NCBI RefSeq assembly: GCF_032444005.1
Contig: NC_091285.1
Location: 16,802,001 to 16,866,000, forward strand
Direction of reading: 5' to 3'
Length of the DNA stretch: 64,000 nucleotides
Origin: Ranitomeya imitator
Taxonomy: Eukaryota
The position numbers and the translations under genes were made by a program. The notes beneath the pieces were generated by a model that searched no databases, was not told the DNA's origin, and saw nothing but the letters and a program-made list of their open reading frames with translations. Of this stretch, positions 1 through 11,322 are shown in pieces (positions within the stretch are counted from its first letter, which is position 1; every line of letters begins with the position of its first letter).

Positions 1-323
1 CACATCAGACAGGATTTAACAGCAGGTACCGGAGAGTCCACACAGTAAGTGCAGAAGATCCCGATTTCTGTCTGCGTCGGTGGAGTAAACAAGAAATTCT
101 CCATGATGTTACGTAGAGCTATGTTCCTCATCAGTGCCGGCCGCTCCTGAAAATCTTCTCTGCAATCAGGACAGGAATAAACTCCAGAGTCGTCCTGTGT
201 ATCCAGCACACGATCAATACAGACCCGGCAGAAGTTGTGTCCACATCTCAGCGTTACAGGGTCTCTAAAAATGTCCAAGCAGATGGAACAGTCGAGCTCG
301 TCTCTCAGAACAGCAGACGCCAT
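1..323 (-). CDS. TRIM-family E3 ligase paralogue A, 5' part (RING + start of B-box1); runs off the window edge
   Basis: Minus-strand translation from ATG at 323: MASAVLRDELDCSICLDIFRDPVTLRCGHNFCRVCIDRVLDTQDDSGVYSCPDCREDFQERPAL...FCTYCVDSPVPAVKSCLM. C3HC4 RING. Acceptor-like TTTTCCTTCACACTTTCAG lies 2 nt before the ATG. Not in the ORF track, probably because it is open at the edge. Confidence 0.9.
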   Translation of the reverse strand, partial: MASAVLRDELDCSICLDIFRDPVTLRCGHNFCRVCIDRVLDTQDDSGVYSCPDCREDFQERPALMRNIALRNIMENFLFTPPTQTEIGIFCTYCVDSPVPAVKSCLM

Positions 324-810
324 GACTGAAAGTGTGAAGGAAAACACTGCACCTCTTAGGTGCACACCCTACTCCACGCCTGTGTGGTTTCCAAATAAAC
401 CCTGACCTTTATTCTGTGCTCAGCTCACAAAAAACCTGTTTCTCCACCTGCAAGATTTGTCTGTGGATCTCTTGGTGAGAACATAAATGATTGTTTCCTT
501 CTGATCTACTTGATTTAAGGTTCATACAGACATCCGTGCAACTCGGTCCTATCATACGGACTGGCATGGAGGTCTGCATGAGCCTTAGGTTGGCACACAA
601 TTGAGGGGCTGAATTTTAAAAAAAATTATTTTTATTCACTGTCCCCAAGTCTAGTACAGAGTGTCCGCTCCCAGTGTCGAAGCTCTGATGTCACGTGGAC
701 AGCGAGGCAGCTAATCGATGGGCTCAGTGGCTCCGAGCAGAGCGCTCAGTCTACATGAGCAGAGCAGCTGAGCTCACGGACTGGCTTCAGAACTGTTGAC
801 TTGACGTTAG

Positions 811-1101
811 TAGTGATGAGCAAGTGTACTCGTTGCTCGGATGGTCTCCGAGTATTTGTAACTGCTCAGAGGTTTAGTTTTCATCGCCTCAGCTGAATGA
901 TTTACAACTGCAACCCAGCCTGAGTACATGTGGGGGTTCCCTGTTTGCTAGGGAATCCCCACATGTGTTCAAGCTGTCTAGTAGCTGCAAATCATGCTGC
1001 TGAGGCAATGAAAACTTAATCTACGAGCAGTCATAAATACTCGGGGACCACCCGAGCGTGCTCGGGAAAACCCGAACAACGAGTACACTCGCTCATCACT
1101 A
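811..1101. mobile_element. Non-autonomous inverted-repeat element (MITE)
   Basis: Terminal inverted repeats TAGTGATGAGCAAGTGTACTCGTTGCTCGG ... CCGAACAACGAGTACACTCGCTCATCACTA, with a partly palindromic interior. Superfamily not assigned. Confidence 0.75.
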
Positions 1102-1652
1102 GTGGAGACTCATCGCAGAACAGTTGGGTTGAGCTCCTGCTGTAGTTGTTTTATGCCCTAGGTTGAGGACAATCTCTATAAGGGCCAGTGTAAATGGAAC
1201 CGATATCGGAACGCAATGTTCGGACTGGCCAGACCAGAGTGTGACAGCTGCATAGAATTTTATAAATCTGTCACGCTGGAGTAGGAAGGCCCACCAGCCA
1301 GTCCGAGCATTGCCTTCTGACCTCTGTCTAATTTATATGTCTGTCCGATGGAGCCATAACAGTGTAAAGGCCTCCAAAAATGATCCCAAACACTGGCTGC
1401 AGAGTTTCAGGTTTGTACGGAGCCCCAACACAACATGTTGGTTTTTTTTTGCAAAGATGACCTCAAAGTCTAGCTGAAGTAACCGCTACACAAATGATCT
1501 CTGATGACCCCATTGTGGCCCATTGTTGAGGAGCCAACAGCAGAGACCTTCAGGAAAGTTTGAGCAGGTCGACCTACTAGTTATCTGCCTTTTCCAATCC
1601 TATACTTCCCTTTTCCTCCCGATCTGAGATATTTGAGGACCTCAACATCCAC

Positions 1653-3720
1653 CTCAGAAATGAGAATACAGATAATAAATGGGAAATGTTTAAGAACATC
1701 CTAAATAGGCAGTGTAAGCGGTTTATACCTTGTGGGAATAAAAGGACTAGAAATAGGAAAAACCCAATGTGGCTAAACAAAGAAGTAAGACAGGCAATTA
1801 ACAGTAAAAAGAAAGCATTTGCACTACTAAAGCAGGATGGCACCATTGAAGCTCTAAAAAACTATAGGGAGAAAAATACTTTATCTAAAAAACTAATTAA
1901 AGCTGCCAAAAAGGAAACAGAGAAGCACATTGCTAAGGAGAGTAAAACTAATCCCAAACTGTTCTTCAACTATATCAATAGTAAAAGAATAAAAACTGAA
2001 AATGTAGGCCCCTTAAAAAATAGTGAGGAAAGAATGGTTGTAGATGACGAGGAAAAAGCTAACATATTAAACACCTTCTTCTCCACGGTATTCACGGTGG
2101 AAAATGAAATGCTAGGTGAAATCCCAAGAAACAATGAAAACCCTATATTAAGGGTCACCAATCTAACCCAAGAAGAGGTGCGAAACCGGCTAAATAAGAT
2201 TAAAATAGATAAATCTCCGGGTCCGGATGGCATACACCCACGAGTACTAAGAGAACTAAGTAATGTAATAGATAAACCATTATTTCTTATTTTTAGTGAC
2301 TCTATAGCGACAGGGTCTGTTCCGCAGGACTGGCGCATAGCAAATGTGGTGCCAATATTCAAAAAGGGCTCTAAAAGTGAACCTGGAAATTATAGGCCAG
2401 TAAGTCTAACCTCTATTGTTGGTAAAATATTTGAAGGGTTTCTGAGGGATGTTATTCTGGATTATCTCAATGAGAATAACTGTTTAACTCCATATCAGCA
2501 TGGGTTTATGAGAAATCGCTCCTGTCAAACCAATCTAATCAGTTTTTATGAAGAGGTAAGCTATAGGCTGGACCACGGTGAGTCATTGGACGTGGTATAT
2601 CTCGATTTTTCCAAAGCGTTTGATACCGTGCCGCACAAGAGGTTGGTACACAAAATGAGAATGCTTGGTCTGGGGGAAAATGTGTGTAAATGGGTTAGTA
2701 ACTGGCTTAGTGATAGAAAGCAGAGGGTGGTTATAAATGGTATTGTCTCTAACTGGGTCGCTGTGACCAGTGGGGTACCGCAGGGGTCAGTATTGGGACC
2801 TGTTCTCTTCAACATATTCATTAATGATCTGGTAGAAGGTTTACACAGTAAAATATCGATATTTGCAGATGATACAAAACTATGTAAAGCAGTTAATACA
2901 AGAGAAGATAGTATTCTGCTACAGATGGATCTGGATAAGTTGGAAACTTGGGCTGAAAGGTGGCAGATGAGGTTTAACAATGATAAATGTAAGGTTATAC
3001 ACATGGGAAGAGGGAATCAATATCACCATTACACACTGAACGGGAAACCACTGGGTAAATCTGACAGGGAGAAGGACTTGGGGATCCTAGTTAATGATAA
3101 ACTTACCTGGAGCAGCCAGTGCCAGGCAGCAGCTGCCAAGGCAAACAGGATCATGGGGTGCATTAAAAGAGGTCTGGATACACATGATGAGAGCATTATA
3201 CTGCCTCTGTACAAATCCCTAGTTAGACCGCACATGGAGTACTGTGTCCAGTTTTGGGCACCGGTGCTCAGGAAGGATATAATGGAACTAGAGAGAGTAC
3301 AAAGGAGGGCAACAAAATAAATAAAGGGGATGGGAGAACTACAATACCCAGATAGATTAGCGAAATTAGGATTATTTAGTCTAGAAAAAAGACGACTGAG
3401 GGGCGATCTAATAACCATGTATAAGTATATAAGGGGACAATACAAATATCTCGCTGAGGATCTGTTTATACCAAGGAAGGTGACGGGCACAAGGGGGCAT
3501 TCTTTGCGTCTGGAGGAGAGAAGGTTTTTCCACCAACATAGAAGAGGATTCTTTACTGTTAGGGCAGTGAGAATCTGGAATTGCTTGCCTGAGGAGGTGG
3601 TGATGGCGAACTCAGTCGAGGGGTTCAAGAGAGGCCTGGATGTCTTCCTGGAGCAGAACAATATTGTATCATACAATTATTAGGTTCTGTAGAAGGACGT
3701 AGATCTGGGTATTTATTATA
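1653..3720 (+). mobile_element. CR1 LINE ORF2 fragment (RT), 5'-truncated, with one premature stop
   Basis: ORF 1686-3320 has CR1 RT motifs (KSPGPDGIHP, YRPVSLTS, YLDFSKAFD, GVPQGSVLGP, FADD). TAA at 3318-3320 interrupts the frame, which resumes as IKGMGELQY...LEKRRLRGDLI to 3683. No terminal microsatellite tail. Confidence 0.93.
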
Positions 3721-3721
3721 A

Positions 3722-3846
3722 TTTTAATGTGTGTGCAGGATCTGTTTGCCTATAGGCTTTGTGGGGGCTTATACCTCATATAGGGGGCAATGTGAGGGTT
3801 CATGCTGTATATAGAGGGGCTATGTGAGGGGACTGTATGGGGCGTC
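3722..3846 (+). repeat. 125-bp duplicate of 32940-33064
   Basis: Direct comparison shows near identity (one substitution seen). Confidence 0.9.
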
Positions 3847-5545
3847 CATTATGTACGGTAGCGCCCCCTGCTGGCGACTCGGGGTGGTGACTCCAATCAC
3901 ACCATTATGTACGGCAGAGTCCCCTGCTGGCGCCTCGTGTTGGCGACTCCAATCACACCATTATGTACGGCAGAGCCCCCTGCTGGCGCCTCGGGGTGGG
4001 GACTCCCATCACACCATTATATACAGCAGCGCCCCCTGCTGGAGCCTCGGGGTGGTGACTCCGATCACACCATTATGGACAGCAGCGCCCCCTGCTGGCA
4101 CCTCGGGGTGGTGACTCCGATCACACCATTATGTACAGCAGCGCCCCCTGCTGGAGCCTCGGGGTGGTGACTCCGATCACACCATTATGGACAGCAGCGC
4201 CCCCTGCTGGCACCTCGGGGTGGTGACTCCGATCACACCATTATGTACGGCAGCGCCCCCTGCTGGAGCCTCAGGGTGGTGACTCCTATTACACCATTAT
4301 GTACAGCAGTGCCCCCTGCTGGCGCCTCGGGGTGGTGACTCCTATCACACCATTATGTACAGCAGCGCCCCCTGCTGGAGCCTCGGGGTGGTGACTCCTA
4401 TCACACTATTATGTACAGCAGCGCCCCCTGCTGGCGCCTCGGGGTTGTGACTCTGATCACACCATTATGTACAGCAGGGCCCCCTGCTGGCGCCTCGGGG
4501 TGGTAACTCCTATCACACCATTGTGTACAGCAGTGCCCCCTGCTGGCGCCTGGGGGTGGTGACTCCTATCACACCATTATGGACAGCAGCGCCCCCTGCT
4601 GGCGCCTCGGGGTGGTGACTCCGATCACACCATTATGTACGGCAGTGCCCCCTGCTGGCGCCTCGGGGTGGTGACTCCTATCACACCATTATGGACAGCA
4701 GCGCCCCCTGCTGGCGCCTCGGGGTGGTGACTCCGATCACACCATTATGTACGGCAGCGCCCTCTGATGGCCCCTCGGGGTGGTGACTCCGATCACACCA
4801 TTATGTACAGCAGCGCTCCCTGCTGGCGCCTCGGGGTGGTGACTCCGATCACACCATTATGTACGGCAGCGCCCTCTGATGGCCCCTCGGGGTGGTGACT
4901 CCGATCACACCATTATGTACAGCAGCGCTCCCTGCTGGCGCCTCGGGGTGGTGACTCCGATCACACCATTATGTACAGCAGCGCCCTCTGATGGCCCCTC
5001 GGGGTGGTGACTCCGATCACACCATTATGTACAGCAGCGCTCCCTGCTGGCGCCTCGGGGTGGTGACTCCGATCACACCATTATGTACGGCAGCGCCCTC
5101 TGATGGCCCCTCGGGGTGGTGACTCCGATCACACCATTATGTACAGCAGCGCTCCCTGCTGGCGCCTCGGGGTGGTGACTCCGATCACACCATTATGTAC
5201 GGCAGCGCCCTCTGATGGCCCCTCGGGGTGGTGACTCCGATCACACCATTATGTACAGCAGCGCTCCCTGCTGGCGCCTCGGGGTGGTGACTCCGATCAC
5301 ACCATTATGGACGGCAGTGCCCCCTGCTGGTGCCTCGGGGTGGTGACTCCGATCACACCATTATGTACAGCAGCGCCCCCTGCTGGAGCCTCGGGGTGGT
5401 GACTCCGATCACACCATTATGTATGGCAGCGCCCCCTGCTGGCACCTCGGGGTGGTGACTCCGATCACACCATTATGTACAGCAGCGCCCCCTCCTGGCA
5501 CCTCGGGGTGGTGACTACGATCACACCATTATGTACAGCAGCGTC
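3847..5545. repeat. 56-bp minisatellite, about 30 units, CTCF-motif bearing
   Basis: Unit CCCCCTGCTGGCGCCTCGGGGTGGTGACTCCGATCACACCATTATGTACAGCAGCG. Minus strand reads CCAGCAGGGGGCGC. Confidence 0.95.
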
Positions 5546-5800
5546 AGCATTGCTTTATTAATCCAGTAGTATAAAAGGCACGAAAAATGGTTGTACACAA
5601 CAGCACAAAAACTGACTTGACGAAGGACCCTGAAGGTCTGAAACATGTTCCTTGCGAGCGCAGCGAATATTTCTTTTCTGCTTTTTTTATTTTTGTGCTG
5701 TTGTGTTCAACTATTTTATTTGTGCCTTTTATACTACCGGATCAATAAAGAAATTGGTTTAAGAAGATGTAAGTGCCGGCTATCATTTCGACTGCTGCTT
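5546..5800 (+). mobile_element. Possible Penelope-like terminal-repeat remnant
   Basis: TTGACGA-A-GGACC/GGTCT-GAAACATGT hammerhead-like core followed by T-rich sequence and AATAAA. No coding evidence. Confidence 0.3.
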
Positions 5801-5875
5801 GGAAAGACGTTTATAGTAAATTTACTTAAAAATTGCTGAAAATTAGAAACAAAAAATACAGCAAATTGCTTAACT

Positions 5876-5881
5876 TTTATT
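5876..5881 (-). terminator. Candidate poly(A) signal of TRIM paralogue B
   Basis: AATAAA on the minus strand about 260 nt after the stop at 6140. Confidence 0.4.
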
Positions 5882-6139
5882 TATGATCAAATACAACACA
5901 TCAGAAATTACATTCAATAGTGAATATTACCGGCATGGTCAATTACAGCTAGTGTGAATGTCCACGTACGATCTACAGTTGGACCCGGCATCAGGAGAGG
6001 TGAGGACCCGAACACCTGCTCTATATAAAGGAGGGCCCTGGTCTAGGGTCTACACTAATTTTAGGGATATGTTATTGAAATTATACAATTGGTCTATATA
6101 AATGGGCAGTATGGCAAAAAAACAAAGCAATTTATATTG

Positions 6140-7393
6140 CTATTTATGAACCCGAAAAAAATTACCATCTAGACTAGATTTTATAGCATAGTCCATAGGA
6201 TTAAAGGCCATGTTTGGGCCTGGTGTTTTTTGCGCAATAGTAACCTTTTTAGGTTTGGCTTCAGTCACCTTCTCATTTTCGACAGCTGAAGCCAAAGACA
6301 ATTTGTCTAACCTTATACTAAGATCCTTACTTCCCTTCACATAAAATTTTGACATGGATTCAGTCAAAATACTAAGTAATCCCATGTGTAACTTATTAGA
6401 CATCACAGCCATATCCAGGTCATCTCCACCATGGAGCTGTTTATCATGTCCTCCTGTGTCACCATCACCTCCATCCTTCTTAGGATCACACAAGTCACCA
6501 ATGTTAGGATCCTGCAAGACAGTCAGTGGATCCGTCATGTTACACAGCTCCTCAATGTGTCTCATCTTCCTGGACAGCTCGTCCTTCTTTATTTCCAGCT
6601 GATGGATCAGAGCAGACAGTGACAGTGACATCTTCTCTTCCTGACTGGAGATCTCACTCAGGACTCTCTTCTCCAGGTCATCAAGCCGTCTCCTGATGTC
6701 TGTACACAGGGCAGTCACTTTCCCCGCTTGTACAGCTGCTTTTTCTTGAGCTTTTCTCCTTTGCTCCTCCAGATTCTTGACTTGTTCCTCAGTCTTCTCT
6801 CTCTTTGTGGTCAATTTCTGGAGAACATTTCTGAGTTTCTCCTTCTTCTTCTCAGAGGCCTCATCCAGCGTTTCCACCCGATGTCCCCGATGTTCTCCGG
6901 CCAAACTGCAGGACACACAGATACAAGAATCGTCCTTAGTGCAGTAATATTCTAGGATCTTCTTATGGACAGAACATTTCCTTTTCTCCAGAGAAGTGCT
7001 GGGATCAGATAAGACGTGTTCTGCTGCCTTATTGTGAACTCTCAGGTGTTTATCACACAGAGAAGCCTCACACAGTAGACAGGACTTAACAGCAGGTAAC
7101 GGAGAGTCCACACAGTAAGTGCAGCAGATCTTGGTGGCCTCCTTACTTGGTTCAACACGCAGAAAATTCTTCATGATCTTACACAGAGCCAAACATCTCA
7201 TCAGTGCCGGCCGCTCCTGAAACTCTTCTCTGCAGTCAGGACAGGAATAAACTCCAGACCCGTCCTGTGTATCCAGCACACGATCAATACAGACCCGGCA
7301 GAAGTTGTGTCCACATCTCAGCATTACAGGATCTGTATAAGTGCTCAGACAGATGGAGCAGTCCAGCTCCTCTCTCAGATCAGCGGACGCCAT
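6140..7393 (-). CDS. TRIM-family E3 ligase paralogue B, single coding exon: RING-Bbox1-Bbox2-coiled coil, no B30.2; 417 aa
   Basis: Open frame from GCCATGG (MASADLREELDCSIC...). RING, two B-boxes (CTYC..C..C..CDKH..H; CSVH..C..C..C..H..H) and a long coiled coil. Acceptor TCTTCCTCTGTCAG sits 2 nt before the ATG; the ORF-track start at 7417 is a TTG. Confidence 0.9.
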   Translation of the reverse strand: MASADLREELDCSICLSTYTDPVMLRCGHNFCRVCIDRVLDTQDGSGVYSCPDCREEFQERPALMRCLALCKIMKNFLRVEPSKEATKICCTYCVDSPLPAVKSCLLCEASLCDKHLRVHNKAAEHVLSDPSTSLEKRKCSVHKKILEYYCTKDDSCICVSCSLAGEHRGHRVETLDEASEKKKEKLRNVLQKLTTKREKTEEQVKNLEEQRRKAQEKAAVQAGKVTALCTDIRRRLDDLEKRVLSEISSQEEKMSLSLSALIHQLEIKKDELSRKMRHIEELCNMTDPLTVLQDPNIGDLCDPKKDGGDGDTGGHDKQLHGGDDLDMAVMSNKLHMGLLSILTESMSKFYVKGSKDLSIRLDKLSLASAVENEKVTEAKPKKVTIAQKTPGPNMAFNPMDYAIKSSLDGNFFRVHK

Positions 7394-8301
7394 GGCTGAC
7401 AGAGGAAGAGAATCCAAACAGGAAGTCTTTTTTTTTTTTTGTGCCTCTGTGAAATGGGAGGTTGGGCGGAGGGAATACTTCCATTAGTCTCCACCCTTGC
7501 CAGCTGTGCTGCTACATTGAGAACTGTCCCATTTTTTCTTGGTTGACAAAGCAACTAAAACATCAGACTTACGGGGGCGGCCTTTTGACTAAGATCAAGT
7601 GTAGTATCTTCCGAAAAGGTGGCCTGCTCCTTGATACACAATACAAACTGGGTTGGTGCACTTGCCAGTATGCCAGGAGGCTGATACAGTCATTTGGTGG
7701 AAACCATGGCCCCCCAGGATCGAAGGTTACTAGACTGGGTAAGTGTGAAGGCTTATGGTGCAATGTGCCCCAGAAGTGGTCGCCCTGGTGGGAGTCTGAG
7801 CTTAATTGGAGTGAGATCCCAGATAAGTCTTGGACTCCGTAGCAGGCTGCACCATGCCTTTCATACTTTCTTGAGCACCTTATCTATTCCTGGCCTTTGG
7901 GTCAGGAAGGGGAATTTTTATAAACCCGGTCGAAGGTCCGGTCAGCTTTGGGCTGAGAAACCAACACGACACAGGGTTCCCAGCTCCACTAGGGTGAGAG
8001 TCTGGTTGGATGCTGGGAGCACGAAAAGGTCTCTACCCGGCCTTGGCTAGGGAGAGCATCGAAGATCCGTGACTCTTGTAGCGACCTTCTGGCTTGGAGG
8101 GAAGGGGATGATTTATTGGTGACCCTCACCCCTGTCCACATGAATCCTCGCCTTGTGCGCTGTTTTGGTGTGACTTCGGTCACATTTTTCAGCCTTGGAT
8201 ATTGCTTCAATAAAAAAATCAGACTTCAGGGGGCAGCGACCTGGTGTATGTGGAGAAGATTGCAGAGGATGAAAGCCAGAGCGGCCATTACAGTTAGGGC
8301 T

Positions 8302-9491
8302 TGTCACGATATTGTATGAAATATAATATGATGTTGTAGCTTTGTCCTTCAGCCCATGCTGGGGGCTAAAACCCCCCTTCTCTCTCTGGCTCTCTTTGTT
8401 TCTCTGTGTGCTTCGGAATGTATGGTAGAAGGGGGTTTTATTGGCCAGGCCATAAATTCCAGCCTCGAAGAAATTTACTCGCCCCCTCCCAACTGCACCA
8501 GCAGAAACTGGTATAGAAGCTTCCAGAATCCATGAGAGTCTTTGCTCTATTATTGTAAGATATTGGGCTAACGATTTAGGCTAGAAAAAGGAAAGTATCT
8601 ACTCTTAACGTCCCTCGGCGGATCGGTCAACCGCTGTAAACACGAGCTTCTAACTCCATCAGGTAAAAAGTAGGGATTTCTCTGTAATTATGCATCACAA
8701 ATAGGACATATTTGATCTCATTAGAATGCCAATGTTAATACGAGATGAATGCTGGGTTTGTTATGACTATGACATGTTCTGTAGCGGAGATACAGGCATT
8801 AGACAAACTTGTGTTAAATCTAGTAAGACTGAAGAGGTAGGACGGACTGGGTAAACCAACCCCTTTTAGTGATGTCACCAGGCTGAGCTATAAGTGTTAT
8901 ACCAGACCCCAGCAGGGAGTCTGTCTGCTGGAGCCTATGTGAGGCTGACTTGAAGAGCTGTTCCTAACCAGTGTCCTGATGCACTGGGACAGATGAAAAC
9001 ACCACTAGCCTGGTTGCCCCACATGATCTGAACACATGTAAGTGTTATTTCTCATTTAACCCCTGTTATTTTTATAATTACCATGTACATATTTTCAAAC
9101 TCTCATATTGTAACACCATTATATAACTTTTTATAAACACTGCCTTCTTTAGGAGTAAAAATATATAAATTACTAGTTTTCTTTCTTCCTGCTCTAAAAC
9201 GTACCCTATGTCTCCTGAAGGGAATTACGCTACTTTTTTGGGTTAGCTTCGGACCCGTTTAATCGAAGCTGGTGGCAGCATACATTTGTGCAGGCCTTTG
9301 GGTGTCGTTGTAGCAACTGCGGCGTTGATACTTATTGTTCCTGCCTGAGTTGGAGTAGTTTATCACGTCGCTGCAGCGTGCCCAATAGCCAGTACATAGC
9401 AGGCAGCCTTTCTGGAGACTAATTACCCCAGGTGCCTAAAGTCACCCCGACCCGTGACGTGGGGGTGACGGTCACGGTGTGAATCGTGACA
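8302..9491 (+). repeat. 5' LTR of element A
   Basis: TGTCACGA...TCGTGACA; matches 29833-31254 apart from a ~235-bp gap and scattered differences (roughly 97% by eye). Confidence 0.93.
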
Positions 9492-9494
9492 TAT

Positions 9495-9512
9495 TGGTGG
9501 CAGCGGTGGGAT
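9495..9512 (+). promoter_or_regulatory. Primer-binding site, tRNA-Leu type
   Basis: TGGTGGCAGCGGTGGGAT, 3 nt after the LTR, is complementary to the recalled vertebrate tRNA-Leu(AAG/TAG) 3' end ...ATCCCACCGCTGCCA-CCA. Confidence 0.8.
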
Positions 9513-9705
9513 ATCTTAGAGCATTAGTGATTTGGTTTGAGCAATCATTCCTCTCATTAAAACTTGCAAAGTTCTTGCGAGGACTCTGCGCAAATAAGTT
9601 TGGAGAACAAACTCAGTGTTTATTAGTCCTGAGACAATTGTGTGTACTGGTAATTATTTCTTCCCTTTCTCTTCGTTTTTCTGTCCTATCTTTTATTTGG
9701 CAACC

Positions 9706-10556
9706 ATGGTTGTGCTGGGAGAAACCTTTTATAAGAAGCAGTCCAAGGACACTCTTATGGCCTTGTGCATGTCACAGCAGATTGACTGTGCGGGCAAGAC
9801 CAAGGCTCAAATGGTCACTGAACTGGTGCAATTTGAAGCAGACCAAGCCAGGCCACAGAGCCCAGAGGCCGCAGAAGCCAGCACAAGCGAACATGGTGCT
9901 GCAGCAGAGGTCCAACCATTGAATACGGGCCCGACTAGCAACTAGGGCGAATTGGACCCCACTTGCAGGCGGCCTTGAAAGAATTCCCCACTGACGACCA
10001 TGAGAGACGTCGGCAGCTGATTCAGCAATACCGGCAGGAGGCCGAGGCCCGAGCCGAGCGGCAAGCGGAGTGGGAGTACCAGCTGCAGATGGCCCGACTG
10101 CAAATGCAGGGGTCGTCCCAGTCCAGCCGTGAGCCTAGCAGCGCTCAGACACCGAAGCCCCGGCCCGAGCACTTTCCTGTGATGGAAAAGGATGGGGACT
10201 TGGACACTTTTCTGCGGGCATTTGAGAAAGCCTGCAGACAGTACCGTCTGCCTGCAGATGAATGGGCACGATACCCGACCCCAGGGCTGAGAGGCAAAGC
10301 TCTGGAGGCGTTTGCTGCCCTCCCTCAAGAACAAGATGGCGACTATGAGGCCATCAAGCAGGCTCTGATAGCCAAGTACCAGCTTACACCTGAGGTTTAC
10401 CGCAGAAAGTTCCGGAACCTCCAACGTGGCCCACACGACAGTTAGTGATGTGGCGCATGGACTGGGGACCCACTTTGACCAGTGGACCCAAGGTCTGTCA
10501 GTGACCACCTTTGCACAGCTGCGAGACCTGATCAAAGACCAGTTCTTACATCTTTG
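9706..10556 (+). pseudogene. Element A gag, 5' part (SCAN-like capsid region), with stop and frameshifts
   Basis: MVVLGETFYKKQSKDTL... stops at 9943. Next frame: FLRAFEKAC...GLRGKALEAF...YEAIKQALIAKYQLTPEVYRRKFR. DQFLHL joins CPAEVRQF at 17136 once the L2 is removed. Confidence 0.85.
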
Positions 10557-11322
10557 TAAGAACCACATCTTTGTGGCTGCTCACTATCCCCAGTCCCACA
10601 CGCCCAGTGGCTCGGGGTGATCCTCGACTCTGCCCTCTCTTTCAAGCCACATATACAAGCCCTTGCCTCCTCCTGTCGTCTCAAACTCAAAAATATTTCC
10701 CGGATCCGTGCTTTCCTTGACCGCAACACTGCAAAAACGCTAGTGCATGCCCTTATCATCTCCCGCCTCGACTACTGCAACCTCCTACTCTCTGGACTCC
10801 CCTCTAGCACTCTGGCACCACTCCAATCCATCCTACACTCTGCTGCCCGACTAATCCACCTGTCCCCCCGCTATTCCCCAGCCTCTCCCCTGTGTCAAGC
10901 CCTTCACTGGCTTCCTATCGGCCAGAGACTTCAGTTCAAAACCCTCATACTGACATACAAAGCCATCCACAACCTGTCTCCTCCATACATCTGTGACATA
11001 GTCTCCCGGTACCTACCTACATGCAACCTCCGATCCTCTCAAGACCTCCTTCTCTACTCCCCTCTCATCTCTTCTTCCCATAACCGCATCCAAGACTTCT
11101 CCCGTGCTTCCCCCATACTCTGGAACTCTCTACCCCAACACATCAGACTCGCGACTACCATAGAAACCTTCAAAAAGAACCTGAAGACTCATCTCTTCCG
11201 ACAAGCCTACAGCCTGCAGTGATCCTCAACCTACTGAACAGCCGCACATCCAGCTCTTCCCTCTCCTAGTGTATCCTCACCCACCCCCTGCAGACTGTGA
11301 GCCCTCGCGGGCAGGGTCCTCC

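Noticed and set aside
409-600. 63-aa ORF upstream of TRIM A
   Set aside because: Non-ATG start, no recognisable motif, and lies in the presumed 5' UTR intron.
1577-1652. EDLNIH resembling a LINE endonuclease GDFN motif before the CR1
   Set aside because: Too short to assign.
1970-3676. Minus-strand ORFs over the CR1, and similar antisense ORFs over elements B and C
   Set aside because: Shadow frames of the real retroelement ORFs with no recognisable domains.
3847-5545. CRISPR-like regular repeats
   Set aside because: No unique spacers; these are head-to-tail tandem units in eukaryotic DNA. The same applies to all other arrays.
7394-7417. N-terminal extension of TRIM B given by the ORF track
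   Set aside because: It starts at TTG and overlaps a splice-acceptor tract; the paralogue starts at the MAS ATG.
7560-8290. Possible decayed L1/Tx1 ORF2 on the minus strand (TFDRV, WDLTPI-like words)
   Set aside because: Only short motif echoes amid stops; needs a profile search, so it is not listed as a feature.
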